A DNA stretch of 64,000 nucleotides from NCBI GenBank assembly GCA_963169225.1, contig CAUJDH010000030.1, positions 8,738 through 72,737 of the forward strand. The letters are read 5' to 3'. This document shows positions 9,905 through 19,956 of this stretch, piece after piece. The notes under the pieces were generated by a model that saw only the letters and a program-made list of their open reading frames with translations, made no database searches and was not told the origin of the DNA. The position numbers and the translations under genes were made by a program. Position 1 is the first letter of the stretch; each line of letters opens with the position of its first letter. Source of the stretch: Actinomycetota bacterium. Its GTDB lineage: Bacteria > Actinomycetota > Actinomycetes > S36-B12 > UBA10799.

Positions 9905-10498
9905 CTGGCTGGTAGCCGGCGCTTTGGCCTGACCGGAGGTATCGGTTCGGGCAAGAGCACGGTGGCTGCGTTCCTGGAGGCACGCGGTGCGTACATCGTT
10001 GATGCCGACCAGATTGCCAGAGCGATCTTAGAGCCAGGTACGCCTGGCTTGGCGGAAGTCGTTGACACTTTCGGCCCTCAAGTTTTGGCCGAAGATGGCG
10101 CGCTCAACCGTCAGGCACTCGCGACTGAGGTTTTCGGTAATGAGGAGCAGCTCGCGAAGCTCAATGCCATCACGCATCCAAAAATCGTGAGTCGCACTCA
10201 AGAGATCTTCGCTGCTGCACCTGAGGGTGCGATTGTGTTCCACGACATCCCACTTCTGGTGGAGTTGGGAATGCAGGACGCCTATGACGCTGTTGTAGTC
10301 GTTGACTGTCCAGACGATATGCGGGTGTCGCGTCTTGTAGCTCGTGGGCTTACTGAAGAAGATGCCAAGGCGCGAATCGCAGCCCAGGTGTCTCGTGACG
10401 AGCGTTTGGCTGTCGCTAATTTTGTGATCGATAATTCGCGCGACCACAACCATTTGATAGAGCAAGTGGATGCGGTTTGGCTTGAGCTTGCTCAGTGA
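9905..10498 (+). CDS. coaE: Dephospho-CoA kinase, probable CTG start
   Basis: The Walker A motif GLTGGIGSGKST (9926..9961) lies upstream of the first ATG/GTG/TTG (GTG at 9962). The frame opens after the TGA at 9791. CTG at 9905 follows a GAGGA (9891..9895). The rest matches CoaE (YIVDADQIAR, ITHPKI). Confidence 0.8.
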   Translation: MAGSRRFGLTGGIGSGKSTVAAFLEARGAYIVDADQIARAILEPGTPGLAEVVDTFGPQVLAEDGALNRQALATEVFGNEEQLAKLNAITHPKIVSRTQEIFAAAPEGAIVFHDIPLLVELGMQDAYDAVVVVDCPDDMRVSRLVARGLTEEDAKARIAAQVSRDERLAVANFVIDNSRDHNHLIEQVDAVWLELAQ

Positions 10499-10542
10499 GA
10501 TTTCGATCAGCCAGGTGAGTGACGAAGAGGGTTGGGTGTGAC

Positions 10543-12621
10543 ATGAGTCGAGTAGAGAATGATGTTCGGCGCGCCCTAGCTCCGTTCAAGGTTGAGAGTG
10601 ATTACGAACCCGCGGGTGACCAGCCACAGGCGATCGCCGAAATAGCCAAGCGCGTCCGTGAGGGTGAAGAACACACTGTGCTCCTTGGCGCGACCGGTAC
10701 GGGTAAGAGTGCCACCACCGCCTGGTTGGTTGAAGAGTTGCAGCGACCGACTCTCGTGATGGCACCAAACAAGACTTTGGCCGCGCAGTTGGCTAACGAG
10801 TTTCGTGAATTGCTGCCCAATAACGCTGTCGAATACTTCGTCTCCTACTACGACTATTACCAACCCGAGGCCTACATCCCGCAGTCCGATACCTACATTG
10901 AGAAGGACTCCTCGCTCAACGAAGAAGTAGAGCGACTGCGACATAAAGCGACCTACAGTCTGCTTACCCGTCGCGATGTAATTGTGGTGGCTACAGTCAG
11001 CGCGATCTATGGTCTTGGTACTCCTGAGGAGTATGTGAACCGTGTAATCACGCTTGAGACCGACAAGGACTATGACCGCGACGGGATCTTGCGGCAGCTC
11101 GTTCAGAATCAATACACCCGTAACGACATCGCATTTACCCGCGGTACTTTCCGGGTTCGTGGCGACACTCTCGAAGTGTTTCCCGTCTACGAAGAGAATC
11201 CGGTACGTATCGAGTTCTTTGGCGACACCATTGATCGCATTTTGACCCTGCATCCGGTAACTGGCGAGATCTTGAGCGAGGATCCGCAACGGTATATCTT
11301 CCCAGCCACACATTATGTGGCTGGTCCTGAACGTATGCAACGTGCGATGACCGAGATCGAGGATGAGCTGCGCGGCCGGCTACAGGAGTTTGAAGGCTCG
11401 GGTAAATTGCTCGAGGCTCAACGGCTCAAAATGCGCACCGAGTACGACCTTGAGATGATCGAGCAGCTCGGATTCTGTACCGGTATCGAGAACTATTCGC
11501 GGCCGATTGATGGGCGTGCACCTGGTACGCCACCAAACTGTCTTTTGGACTTTTTTCCCGATGACTTCTTATTGGTGATCGATGAGTCCCATGTGACGGT
11601 TCCACAAATCGGAGCGATGTACGAGGGTGACATGTCGCGTAAGCGCATGTTGGTGGAGCACGGCTTCCGCTTGCCTTCGGCCATGGATAACCGGCCGCTC
11701 AAATGGGATGAATTCCGTGAGCGGATCGGCCAGACCGTGTATCTCTCGGCAACACCTGGCAATTATGAACTGGAGCAGTCCGAAGGCGAGTTTGTTGAAC
11801 AGGTGATCAGGCCAACCGGCTTGCTAGACCCTGAGGTCATTATCAAGCGGACTGAAGGCCAGATCGATGACTTGCTGAGTGAGGTTCAAGAGAGGGTCGA
11901 GAAGAACGAACGCGTACTTGTGACGACCTTGACTAAGAAAATGGCTGAAGACCTGACTGACTATCTGTTGGAGAATGGGGTTCGAGCACGTTATCTCCAC
12001 TCAGATGTCGACACATTGCGCCGGGTTGAACTGCTGCGTGAACTCCGCATGGGTGAGTACGACGTGTTGGTGGGTATCAACCTGCTGCGAGAAGGTCTTG
12101 ACCTGCCCGAAGTTAGCCTCGTAGCGATCCTGGATGCCGACAAAGAAGGTTTCTTGCGTTCTGAACGCTCGTTGGTTCAGACAATCGGCCGCGCGGCACG
12201 TAACGTCTCTGGACAGGTTCACATGTACGCCGACAAGATCACGCCCTCGATGAAGGTGGCGATTGACGAGACGAACCGCCGGCGTGTCAAACAGCAGGCC
12301 TATAACGAAGCACACGGCGTTGATCCGCAGCCATTGCGCAAAAAGATCGGCGATATTACTGATTTGATCAGCAAGGAAGATGTCGATACCCAAGAACTAC
12401 TGAATGACAGGTCGAAGGCAATTGCCAAGTTGAGCGGCAAAGGCGGTAAGGGCTCATCTACTCGTGCCGGTTCAGAGTTGGTTGCGCTGATCGAGGAGCT
12501 CACCGAGAACATGCATGAGGCGGCTCGCGAACTCAAATTTGAGGTTGCTGCTCGTTACCGCGACGAACTTCATGACCTCAAACAGGAGTTACGCCAGATG
12601 AAAGAGGCAGGTCACGCCTAG
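10543..12621 (+). CDS. uvrB: Excinuclease ABC subunit B
   Basis: The ATG at 10543 is in frame with ORF 10519..12621. Motifs: [25 protein letters not shown], and the C-terminal UVR domain [14 protein letters not shown]. Confidence 0.96.
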   Translation: MSRVENDVRRALAPFKVESDYEPAGDQPQAIAEIAKRVREGEEHTVLLGATGTGKSATTAWLVEELQRPTLVMAPNKTLAAQLANEFRELLPNNAVEYFVSYYDYYQPEAYIPQSDTYIEKDSSLNEEVERLRHKATYSLLTRRDVIVVATVSAIYGLGTPEEYVNRVITLETDKDYDRDGILRQLVQNQYTRNDIAFTRGTFRVRGDTLEVFPVYEENPVRIEFFGDTIDRILTLHPVTGEILSEDPQRYIFPATHYVAGPERMQRAMTEIEDELRGRLQEFEGSGKLLEAQRLKMRTEYDLEMIEQLGFCTGIENYSRPIDGRAPGTPPNCLLDFFPDDFLLVIDESHVTVPQIGAMYEGDMSRKRMLVEHGFRLPSAMDNRPLKWDEFRERIGQTVYLSATPGNYELEQSEGEFVEQVIRPTGLLDPEVIIKRTEGQIDDLLSEVQERVEKNERVLVTTLTKKMAEDLTDYLLENGVRARYLHSDVDTLRRVELLRELRMGEYDVLVGINLLREGLDLPEVSLVAILDADKEGFLRSERSLVQTIGRAARNVSGQVHMYADKITPSMKVAIDETNRRRVKQQAYNEAHGVDPQPLRKKIGDITDLISKEDVDTQELLNDRSKAIAKLSGKGGKGSSTRAGSELVALIEELTENMHEAARELKFEVAARYRDELHDLKQELRQMKEAGHA

Positions 12622-12640
12622 CAGGGAGTTCAACGAAGCT

Positions 12641-13648
12641 TCAGCGAAGCGTCGAGCGCCCCTGAGTAAGTTCGTATTCCAAAAACACCCGCTGGGTAGG
12701 TTCGCCATCAGCCATCCGCTCGATGGTGTCGGCCAAGACTTCGGAGGCATCAAGAGCCTGAGGCGAGATCCGGGTGAATTCTGGAATCTCATCGGTGTCG
12801 TCGATTGTTTCTTCCCAAGTGACCACCAGAAGATCTTGAGGAATTTGCTTATCGGCGTTTTCGATTGCCCGCAAAGCGGTGCCAAACGAGGGCAGCGCCA
12901 AAAAGATGCCATCCACACCATCAGCAAGTGCAGCCGTAATTTGCTCAGCTAGCGCGTCTGGATCAAGTTCGTCGACTATGACAATTGGCTCTTGATCCTC
13001 GCGTTCACACCAATTTTTATAGCCTTCGATCCATTGCTCAGCAGGCTGACCCACGGCAGGTCGGACAGCCAAAGCGATCTTCTTTGCACCTTTTTTGGAC
13101 AAGTGGGTGCAAACATCCTCACTGATGGCCAGGTTGTCGTAGCTGATATAGGCCTTGATTCGCCCATCGTCAGATTCATCTGGGGCGCCAGCAACCACAA
13201 TCGGCACGTCATAGCCAAGGTCGATTACTTCAGGCCTTGGCACTGAGAGCGCGGCTAAGACAATGGCTGAGACAGGTAGGGGAATGAGTAGGTTTTGGCT
13301 TTCGGTCGTTACCCAGACCACTCCAGAACCTTGACCGGTTAGTCGATTTACTACACCGTAAAAGATCCTGAACCAAAAGGTATGGGTTTGTTCCAAACCA
13401 TCGCCACCGGCCAATTGGCTTGGTGGATGAGTGATAACGGCGACAAGCCTGGCTTTGTGTTCGGCTACGGTCTGGGGTTTGGTGGGGTAGCCGAGCATCT
13501 GTGCGACTGTGCGGACTTTGACCACCGTCTGCTCGTTGATTCGTCCTTTGCCTCGCAAAGCTCTAGAAGCAGTCGTGACTGAGACACCCGCAAGGCGTGC
13601 AATCTGGCTCAGCTTGGGTTTAGCCGGTTGGTTTCCCGAATCAGGCAT
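12641..13648 (-). CDS. LacI-family transcriptional regulator
   Basis: N-terminal HTH KLSQIARLAGVSVTTASRALRGKGRINEQT followed by a periplasmic-binding-protein-like body. No sugar operon is adjacent. Confidence 0.8.
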   Translation of the reverse strand: MPDSGNQPAKPKLSQIARLAGVSVTTASRALRGKGRINEQTVVKVRTVAQMLGYPTKPQTVAEHKARLVAVITHPPSQLAGGDGLEQTHTFWFRIFYGVVNRLTGQGSGVVWVTTESQNLLIPLPVSAIVLAALSVPRPEVIDLGYDVPIVVAGAPDESDDGRIKAYISYDNLAISEDVCTHLSKKGAKKIALAVRPAVGQPAEQWIEGYKNWCEREDQEPIVIVDELDPDALAEQITAALADGVDGIFLALPSFGTALRAIENADKQIPQDLLVVTWEETIDDTDEIPEFTRISPQALDASEVLADTIERMADGEPTQRVFLEYELTQGRSTLR

Positions 13649-13717
13649 ATCAGCAGTTTAGTCAAATTTCTGACCGCAATCCGATTACTTGAGAGGGTGG
13701 CCGACTAATGTTGGGGC

Positions 13718-14785
13718 GTGGATATCTCCTTGACTCTGTGGACTGTCACCGTAATCGGCATCATTGCACTGCTGGTTTTGGATTTTGTTGCAAGCGGCAA
13801 GACGCACGTGGTGGGCACTCGTGAGGCGGCGCTATGGTCCGTCTTCTACATCGTTGTTGCCCTTGCTTTTGCAGCTGGCCTATTTGCATTTCACAGCCAC
13901 GAGGCAGGCGCTGAGTTCTTCACCGCTTATGTCGTGGAGAAGAGTCTGTCCATTGACAACCTCTTTGTCTTTGCCATCATTTTGACGAGATTTGCTGTTC
14001 CCGACAAACTTCAGCACCGGGTATTGCTGATCGGTATCGTTCTCGCCCTTGTTTTCCGCGCCATCTTCATTGCCATCGGTGCAGCCGCGATCGCGCACTT
14101 TGCATTCACTTTTGTGATCTTTGGAGCGTTACTGATCTGGACGGGGATCGGCCTGTTGCGCAACCGCAACGAAGATCCGGATGTCAAAGACAGCTTTGCC
14201 GTCAAGATGGTGAAGAAGCGTTTCCCATTAGCTGACGATTTTCACGGAACGAAGTGGTTCATCGTCGAGAACGGCAAGAAGATGGTCACGCCCATGTTCT
14301 TGGTGGTCCTCGCGATCGGAACGACCGACATTCTGTTCGCCCTTGACTCAATCCCAGCAACCTTTGGTGTAACCCAGGAGCCATACCTCGTGTTTGCGGC
14401 CAACGCCTTCGCGTTGCTCGGACTGCGTGCACTGTATTTCTTACTCAAGGGCTTGCTCGATCGCCTTATCTTCCTGTCTACCGGCCTGGCATTGATTTTG
14501 ATTTTCATTGGTATCAAACTCGTCCTTGCCTTCCTCCACGAAGAATGGCCGCAAGTTCCGCACATCACGACTGGCTTGTCGTTGCTGGTGATCGCCGTGA
14601 TCCTGACCGTTACGACGATCGCGAGTATCGTGGTGTCGCGCCGAGACCCAGAACGCATCGCCCATGCGGGTACGGTCACCAAGCCAAAACGTCGCCCTGA
14701 GGACTCTGAGGTGTCTGAATCTGGAGGATCCGGTTCTAAGTCAACCGAATCTAACGCAGACTCCGGATCCGATGATGCCAGCTAG
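13718..14785 (+). CDS. TerC-family integral membrane protein
   Basis: 355 aa, polytopic. Motifs FFTAYVVEKSLSIDNLFVF and TDILFALDSIPA are typical of TerC/Alx. Confidence 0.8.
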   Translation: MDISLTLWTVTVIGIIALLVLDFVASGKTHVVGTREAALWSVFYIVVALAFAAGLFAFHSHEAGAEFFTAYVVEKSLSIDNLFVFAIILTRFAVPDKLQHRVLLIGIVLALVFRAIFIAIGAAAIAHFAFTFVIFGALLIWTGIGLLRNRNEDPDVKDSFAVKMVKKRFPLADDFHGTKWFIVENGKKMVTPMFLVVLAIGTTDILFALDSIPATFGVTQEPYLVFAANAFALLGLRALYFLLKGLLDRLIFLSTGLALILIFIGIKLVLAFLHEEWPQVPHITTGLSLLVIAVILTVTTIASIVVSRRDPERIAHAGTVTKPKRRPEDSEVSESGGSGSKSTESNADSGSDDAS

Positions 14786-14787
14786 TA

Positions 14788-15480
14788 CTACCAACCGCGT
14801 TCTCGCCATTGGTCCAGCTGCGGCCGTTCTGCTTCTAACGTGGTGTCGGAACCATGTCCGGGATAAATGTAGGTGTGGTCCGGGTACTGGTCAAAGATTT
14901 TCGATTTAACGTCACCGAAGAGCAGGTCAAAGCTTGTCCGGCTAGCTGTCTTGCCGATTCCGCCGGGAAACAGGCAGTCACCAGTGAATATGTGGACTGA
15001 ACCATCGTGATCTTCGTGGATCAAGGCTAGGGATTCCAATGGGTGCTCGTCGTGTTCTGAGCCGTGTCCGTACAAAGTGATGGCTTTGAGTTCTGTGGCT
15101 CCCATTGTGACTGTTTCTCCGTCCGCAACTATCTGGTCGACTGGCATGGGAAGCAGGGGAGCGGCACCCTCACTGGCTAAGGTCGTGGCTCCAGTAGCGT
15201 CGATCACTTGGTTTAGTGCTTGAACATGATCCCAATGCCCATGGGTAGTGAGCACTTGGTCAAGTTCTCCACCACAAAGTTCGAGCACTGCCTCGGTATC
15301 GTCAGCGGCATCGATCAGCAAAGTTGCGCCAGTTGCTTTGTCTATGAGTAAGTACACGTTATTGGATAGCGGTCCAACAGCAAGCTTGTGAATAATTAGT
15401 TGCTCAGTCTCACGACATTGTGCAGGTCCGTCGACAACTACGTCTCCGTCATAGGCCATTGTTCGACTGTAGCGGCGCAC
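14788..15480 (-). CDS. MBL-fold metallo-hydrolase (glyoxalase II-like)
   Basis: Motifs LTTHGHWDH, YGHGSEHDEH and YPGHG. The start may instead be the ATG at 15459 (MAYDGD...). Confidence 0.75.
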   Translation of the reverse strand: MRRYSRTMAYDGDVVVDGPAQCRETEQLIIHKLAVGPLSNNVYLLIDKATGATLLIDAADDTEAVLELCGGELDQVLTTHGHWDHVQALNQVIDATGATTLASEGAAPLLPMPVDQIVADGETVTMGATELKAITLYGHGSEHDEHPLESLALIHEDHDGSVHIFTGDCLFPGGIGKTASRTSFDLLFGDVKSKIFDQYPDHTYIYPGHGSDTTLEAERPQLDQWRERGW

Positions 15481-15493
15481 GGCTTAAGCTGGC

Positions 15494-18331
15494 TTGGTGA
15501 GTGACACGCTGGTAGTCCGCGGTGCGCGGGAACACAATTTACGTGATGTGAGCCTCGACCTGCCCCGAGATTCTCTTATCGTTTTCACCGGTTTGTCTGG
15601 TTCAGGCAAGTCAAGTTTGGCCTTCGACACTATCTTTGCTGAGGGTCAGCGACGTTATGTTGAGAGCCTGTCGGCCTACGCTCGCCAATTTTTGGGCCAG
15701 ATGGACAAGCCTGATGTGGACTTCATCGAAGGTCTGTCTCCAGCGGTCGCGATTGACCAAAAGTCAACATCTCGAAATCCTCGGTCAACGGTAGGAACCA
15801 TCACCGAGGTCTACGACTATCTGCGCTTGCTCTTTGCCCGAATTGGCAAACCACACTGCCCAGAATGTGGCGATCCAATCGCCAGGCAGAGCCCGCAACA
15901 GATCGTTGATCAAATCTTGACTCTTGAAGAGGGAACTCGATTCCAAGTTCTCTCGCCCATCGTTCGGGAACGCAAAGGCGAGTTTGTCGACTTATTTGCC
16001 CAGCTTCAATCGGACGGCTATGCGCGTGTGCGAGTGGATGGAGAAACCTATGCCCTTGAGGACGTTCCTGCGCTCAAGAAGCAAGAAAGGCACACCATCG
16101 AAATCGTCGTTGACCGCCTAGCGGCCAAGCCATCAGCCAAACGGCGGATCACCGACTCGGTGGAGACGGCTCTGCGCGAGTCCAAAGGACTCGTCACTTT
16201 GGACTTTGTCGATCTCGAGCAGGACAGTCCGGAGCGGGAGCACACCTATAGCGAGCATTTGGCCTGCGTTCGCGACGGACTCTCATTCGAGGAGTTGGAG
16301 CCGAGATCATTCTCGTTCAACTCCCCATTCGGAGCCTGTCCAGAGTGCACGGGCCTGGGTGTTCAGATGGAAGTTGATGCCGAACTGGTGATTCCCGACC
16401 ATGACAAGTCGCTACGAGATGGGGCAGTCACACCTTGGGCCGGTGGTTCAATGTCCAAATACTACGAACGCTTACTCGGAGCGCTCGCCAAAGAGACGAA
16501 CATTGATCTAGACAAGCCATGGAAGAAGCTGACCAAAAAAGAGAAGGACATCGTGCTGCGCGGTACCGGCAAATCGGTGACTGTGAAGTACCGCAACCGT
16601 TTTGGTCGGGAACGTTCCTACACGACAGGCTATGAGGGCGTTTTTGACTTCATTAAGCGTAGGCATCAAGAAGCTGAAGGGGAGTATTCACGCGACAAAT
16701 TCGCTGGCTACATGCGTGAGGTTCCATGCGAGGCGTGCCATGGCACGCGGCTGAAGCCGCTGATCCTGGCAGTGACGATTGATGGCAAATCGATCGCACA
16801 GATCGCCGATATGCCTATTGGCGAATGCGCTAAGTTCCTCGGCAATCTCGAACTTGATGCGCGTGACAAAACGATTGCCGAGCGTGTCATGAAGGAAGTC
16901 AACGAACGTCTCAAGTTCTTGGTTGACGTTGGTCTTCACTATTTGACGCTTAGTCGTGCTGCCGGAACCTTGGCTGGTGGGGAGGCTCAACGGATCCGCC
17001 TTGCTACACAGATCGGAAGTGGCTTGGTGGGCGTGCTCTATGTGCTCGATGAACCCAGTATCGGCTTGCATCAACGGGATAACCGGCGACTCATTGAGAC
17101 TCTGGTCCGCTTGCGTAATCTTGGCAACACTCTGATCGTTGTTGAACACGACGAGGAGACCTTGCTGGCAGCGGATTGGGTCGTTGACATCGGTCCGGGT
17201 GCTGGTGAACATGGTGGCAAGGTTGTCTACTCCGGCCCAGTTTCCAAGTTTAAGAATGCCAAGAACTCGATTACAGCTGACTATGTTGCTGGACGCAAAA
17301 CGATCGAGGTTCCAAGCGAACGCCGGGAACTCGATCCTAAGCGGGTTCTAGAGGTCGTGGGTGCCAAAGAGAACAACCTCACTGATGTCAATGTCACCAT
17401 TCCGTTAGGTGGACTCGTCGCAATCACGGGAGTTTCTGGATCGGGTAAGTCCACGCTCGTCAATGAAGTGCTCTATAAGTCCTTAGCGAGGGACCTCAAC
17501 GGGGCTTCGGCTGTTCCTGGTCGACATAAGTCAGTCAAGGGAATCGATCAACTCGACAAGGTTGTTCATGTCGATCAAGGCCCGATCGGTCGTACGCCTC
17601 GCTCCAATCCAGCGACTTATACGGGCGTGTTTGATCACGTGCGAAAGCTATTCGCTGCGACTGAGGAAGCCAAGGTTCGAGGCTATATGCCCGGCCGATT
17701 CTCGTTCAACGTCAAGGGTGGTCGTTGCGAGGCTTGTACGGGTGACGGAACGATCCGTATTGAGATGAACTTCTTGCCTGATGTCTACGTGCCATGCGAG
17801 GTCTGTCACGGTGCCCGTTACAACCGGGAGACTCTTGAGGTTCTCTATAAGGGCAAGAGCATCGCGGATGTTCTCGATATGCCAATCGAGGAGGGGCTGG
17901 AGTTCTTCGCTTCTGTCCCGGCCATTGAGCGACATTTGCGAACCCTCAACGAGGTCGGCTTGGGTTACGTTCGGTTGGGTCAGCCCGCACCGACCTTGTC
18001 CGGCGGTGAGGCTCAGCGAGTTAAACTCAGTGCTGAGCTGCAGAAGCGCTCGAACGGACGCACAATCTACGTCTTAGACGAACCAACTACGGGTCTTCAC
18101 TTTGAGGACATCCGCAAGCTCCTCAACGTGCTCGGCAGGTTAGTAGATCAGGGCAATTCGGTGCTGGTGATCGAACACAACCTCGACGTGATCAAGACGG
18201 CAGATTGGGTGATCGATATGGGGCCAGAAGGTGGCTCCGGTGGTGGCCGAGTCGTTGCCCAAGGCACCCCCGAGGAAGTTGCTACCGTTAAGGGAAGTCA
18301 CACCGGAGCGTTCTTGAAAGAGATTCTGTAG
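15494..18331 (+). CDS. uvrA: Excinuclease ABC subunit A
   Basis: 945 aa. Motifs: [28 protein letters not shown], the zinc modules CPECGD and CEACHG, a second Walker [11 protein letters not shown], and LSGGEAQR twice. Confidence 0.97.
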   Translation: MVSDTLVVRGAREHNLRDVSLDLPRDSLIVFTGLSGSGKSSLAFDTIFAEGQRRYVESLSAYARQFLGQMDKPDVDFIEGLSPAVAIDQKSTSRNPRSTVGTITEVYDYLRLLFARIGKPHCPECGDPIARQSPQQIVDQILTLEEGTRFQVLSPIVRERKGEFVDLFAQLQSDGYARVRVDGETYALEDVPALKKQERHTIEIVVDRLAAKPSAKRRITDSVETALRESKGLVTLDFVDLEQDSPEREHTYSEHLACVRDGLSFEELEPRSFSFNSPFGACPECTGLGVQMEVDAELVIPDHDKSLRDGAVTPWAGGSMSKYYERLLGALAKETNIDLDKPWKKLTKKEKDIVLRGTGKSVTVKYRNRFGRERSYTTGYEGVFDFIKRRHQEAEGEYSRDKFAGYMREVPCEACHGTRLKPLILAVTIDGKSIAQIADMPIGECAKFLGNLELDARDKTIAERVMKEVNERLKFLVDVGLHYLTLSRAAGTLAGGEAQRIRLATQIGSGLVGVLYVLDEPSIGLHQRDNRRLIETLVRLRNLGNTLIVVEHDEETLLAADWVVDIGPGAGEHGGKVVYSGPVSKFKNAKNSITADYVAGRKTIEVPSERRELDPKRVLEVVGAKENNLTDVNVTIPLGGLVAITGVSGSGKSTLVNEVLYKSLARDLNGASAVPGRHKSVKGIDQLDKVVHVDQGPIGRTPRSNPATYTGVFDHVRKLFAATEEAKVRGYMPGRFSFNVKGGRCEACTGDGTIRIEMNFLPDVYVPCEVCHGARYNRETLEVLYKGKSIADVLDMPIEEGLEFFASVPAIERHLRTLNEVGLGYVRLGQPAPTLSGGEAQRVKLSAELQKRSNGRTIYVLDEPTTGLHFEDIRKLLNVLGRLVDQGNSVLVIEHNLDVIKTADWVIDMGPEGGSGGGRVVAQGTPEEVATVKGSHTGAFLKEIL

Positions 18332-18413
18332 CCCTTTGGGTCCAGCGGGATCTCACAGCAAACCCTCAGGAAGTTCTCGCCAGTTTCAAATTTCCTTGGG
18401 AGAGGATCACATT

Positions 18414-18914
18414 ATGACTACAAATAACGAGACTAAGAATCAAGAAGACCAACAGTCGATGACAGGAAGAGTGTCGATTACTCGTCGCGCTGCTTTGGCT
18501 GCTGGTGTTGCGGGAACGGCAGGAGTCGCATTGGCAGCCTGCTCAAGCGGCAGCGACTCGAGCCAGCCCGCAACTACCTCAAGCGCACCTACTACGCCAA
18601 CAGGTGGTACGACACCATCAGGCACGGTAGTGACTGAAGTTTCAGAGGTTCCTAAGAACGGTGCCACAATTGCTAACACCTCCGGAGACGCTTATGTCGT
18701 CTCTCAGACATCCGACGGCAAGGTCGCGTGCTTTAGTGCTGTATGTCCGCATGAGGGCTGCTTGTGTAATCGTGTTGTCGACAACAAGGCAATCTGCCCT
18801 TGCCATGGAAGTGCGTTCGACGTATTCACCGGAGATGTGACTCGAGGCCCAGCTCAGACGGGCTTGGCAAAGGTCGAGACAACAGTTTCGGGTGGAAAGG
18901 TCATCGCAAAGTAG
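18414..18914 (+). CDS. Tat-exported Rieske (2Fe-2S) domain protein
   Basis: The ATG at 18414 follows GGGAGAGGA. Tat-like signal SITRRAALAAGVAG...LAAC. Rieske ligand motifs CPHEGC and CPCHGS. Confidence 0.8.
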   Translation: MTTNNETKNQEDQQSMTGRVSITRRAALAAGVAGTAGVALAACSSGSDSSQPATTSSAPTTPTGGTTPSGTVVTEVSEVPKNGATIANTSGDAYVVSQTSDGKVACFSAVCPHEGCLCNRVVDNKAICPCHGSAFDVFTGDVTRGPAQTGLAKVETTVSGGKVIAK

Positions 18915-18947
18915 TTGGGAGAGGTATTTCAACCCCACTACATCGTC

Positions 18948-19655
18948 TTAGCGACCAGCAACATTGACAACGGTTTGGGCAACATATTTGCCGCGAACCT
19001 TGTATCCATAAGCAGTCATGTGGACACGGTCACCGGACAGTAGACGCTTGTTTTTCTTGACCACTTGAGCCCAGTCTGCAACGGTCAAGTTTGAGTAGCG
19101 TCGATCCATCTGCTTGAGCGCAGTATTTACGCGGTCATATTTTCCTGGACGCACAATGGTGAGCCAGACTACTTGGCGTTTTCCGGCCATCTTCATGACC
19201 TTACGCACGTTCTTCTTCGCAATTCCTGCGTTAGGTCCGTCGTTCGTGCCGAGAGCCACGACCCACACCTCAGCCCGCTTGGCCTGCCCGGATCGGAGCA
19301 GCGAGATGCCTGCAGGTGTGTAACGACCAACTTGGGCGTTGACAGCAACGGAACGAGTCTGGCGCTTGAGACCGCTTCGGATGCTCTGCTTAGAACCAAC
19401 GGTCAGTGAGTCACCGACGACAAATACGTCTGAGCGCTTCACCTTAAGTGCGCGCATCTTCTTGGCTTGAGCGGCGCTAGAGGCAGCGCGAGTCTGCGGG
19501 CTTTGATGGCTGTCGGCAGCTTGGGCAGGTGTACTGACAGCAACCGCGGCACCGGCAACTACAGGTATCAAAGTTGCTACGGCAACGGCCTTGGTGTGGC
19601 GCATTTTGGGCGCAGCACAAGTAGAGGCTTGGTTGGTAAACATTGGGGGAATCAC
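18948..19655 (-). CDS. Secreted SGNH/GDSL-family hydrolase
   Basis: Block I VFVVGDSLTVG, block III VVALGTNDG, and signal peptide ...AVAVSTPAQA. The real start is probably internal: ATG at 19643 (downstream of an AAGGAG) or ATG at 19604. Confidence 0.65.
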   Translation of the reverse strand: MIPPMFTNQASTCAAPKMRHTKAVAVATLIPVVAGAAVAVSTPAQAADSHQSPQTRAASSAAQAKKMRALKVKRSDVFVVGDSLTVGSKQSIRSGLKRQTRSVAVNAQVGRYTPAGISLLRSGQAKRAEVWVVALGTNDGPNAGIAKKNVRKVMKMAGKRQVVWLTIVRPGKYDRVNTALKQMDRRYSNLTVADWAQVVKKNKRLLSGDRVHMTAYGYKVRGKYVAQTVVNVAGR

Positions 19656-19853
19656 TCCTTCTGGGCCCCGGCTCTAGTTAGCAACAGGGCCAACGTCTCC
19701 TCGCCAAAATTCGGGGAAGGAAACTTTCTTACACCTATAGATTACCCGTTACGTTACGACCTCAAGCCCAAAGTGATCGACTCCACCTGGAGTGCTAACC
19801 GAGAGTGATGCAACCTTGTAAAATTGCAAATCATCGACACTCTGTGCAATGTA

Positions 19854-19873
19854 ATTCACCCATATGGGTGAAT
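19854..19873. repeat. Perfect 20-bp palindrome ATTCACCCATATGGGTGAAT (function unknown)
   Basis: Read directly in the 300-nt spacer between the SGNH hydrolase gene and uvrC. Confidence 0.9.
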
Positions 19874-19874
19874 G

Positions 19875-19893
19875 CCGAATTCGCGGAATTCGG
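19875..19893. repeat. Inverted repeat CCGAATTC-GCG-GAATTCGG (function unknown)
   Basis: Two 8-bp arms with a 3-nt spacer, starting 1 nt after the 20-bp palindrome. Confidence 0.9.
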
Positions 19894-19956
19894 AGCTATC
19901 GGCTGAAATTCCATGGAGGTAGTTCTAGATTGCGGTTGGCGCAATAGAGTAGACAT

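Noticed and set aside
8595-9983. A 462-aa ORF antisense to rpsA
   Set aside because: It lies entirely within the opposite strand of a strongly supported rpsA gene. The sequence is low-complexity and non-protein-like. Long antisense ORFs are expected in GC-biased coding DNA.
10480-10542. A PafBC/RecA-independent promoter motif (CAGTG-N8-TAnnnT) upstream of uvrB
   Set aside because: CAGTG is present at the coaE stop, but the hexamer 8 nt downstream is ATCAGC, not TAnnnT. I saw no match upstream of uvrA or uvrC either.
13649-13717. A yybP-ykoY Mn riboswitch upstream of the TerC-family gene
   Set aside because: The spacer is only 69 nt, too short for the four-way junction, and it lacks the conserved motifs.
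15481-15493. Only 13 nt separate the divergent MBL hydrolase and uvrA start codons, suggesting an unusual shared promoter
   Set aside because: This is probably an artefact of taking maximal ORFs. The MBL gene has a plausible internal ATG at 15459, and the uvrA start is ambiguous (TTG at 15494 or GTG at 15497).
19854-19893. Palindromes containing CATATG and two GAATTC sites, considered as cloning-linker or vector contamination
   Set aside because: The flanks are continuous native-looking intergenic sequence between two chromosomal genes, and no vector features are present. I cannot fully exclude it without the reads.
19808-19906. A 32-codon ORF (MQPCKIANHRHSVQCNSPIWVNAEFAEFGAIG) spanning the palindromes
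   Set aside because: It has no SD, and its composition is driven by the palindromes themselves. It is more likely non-coding.
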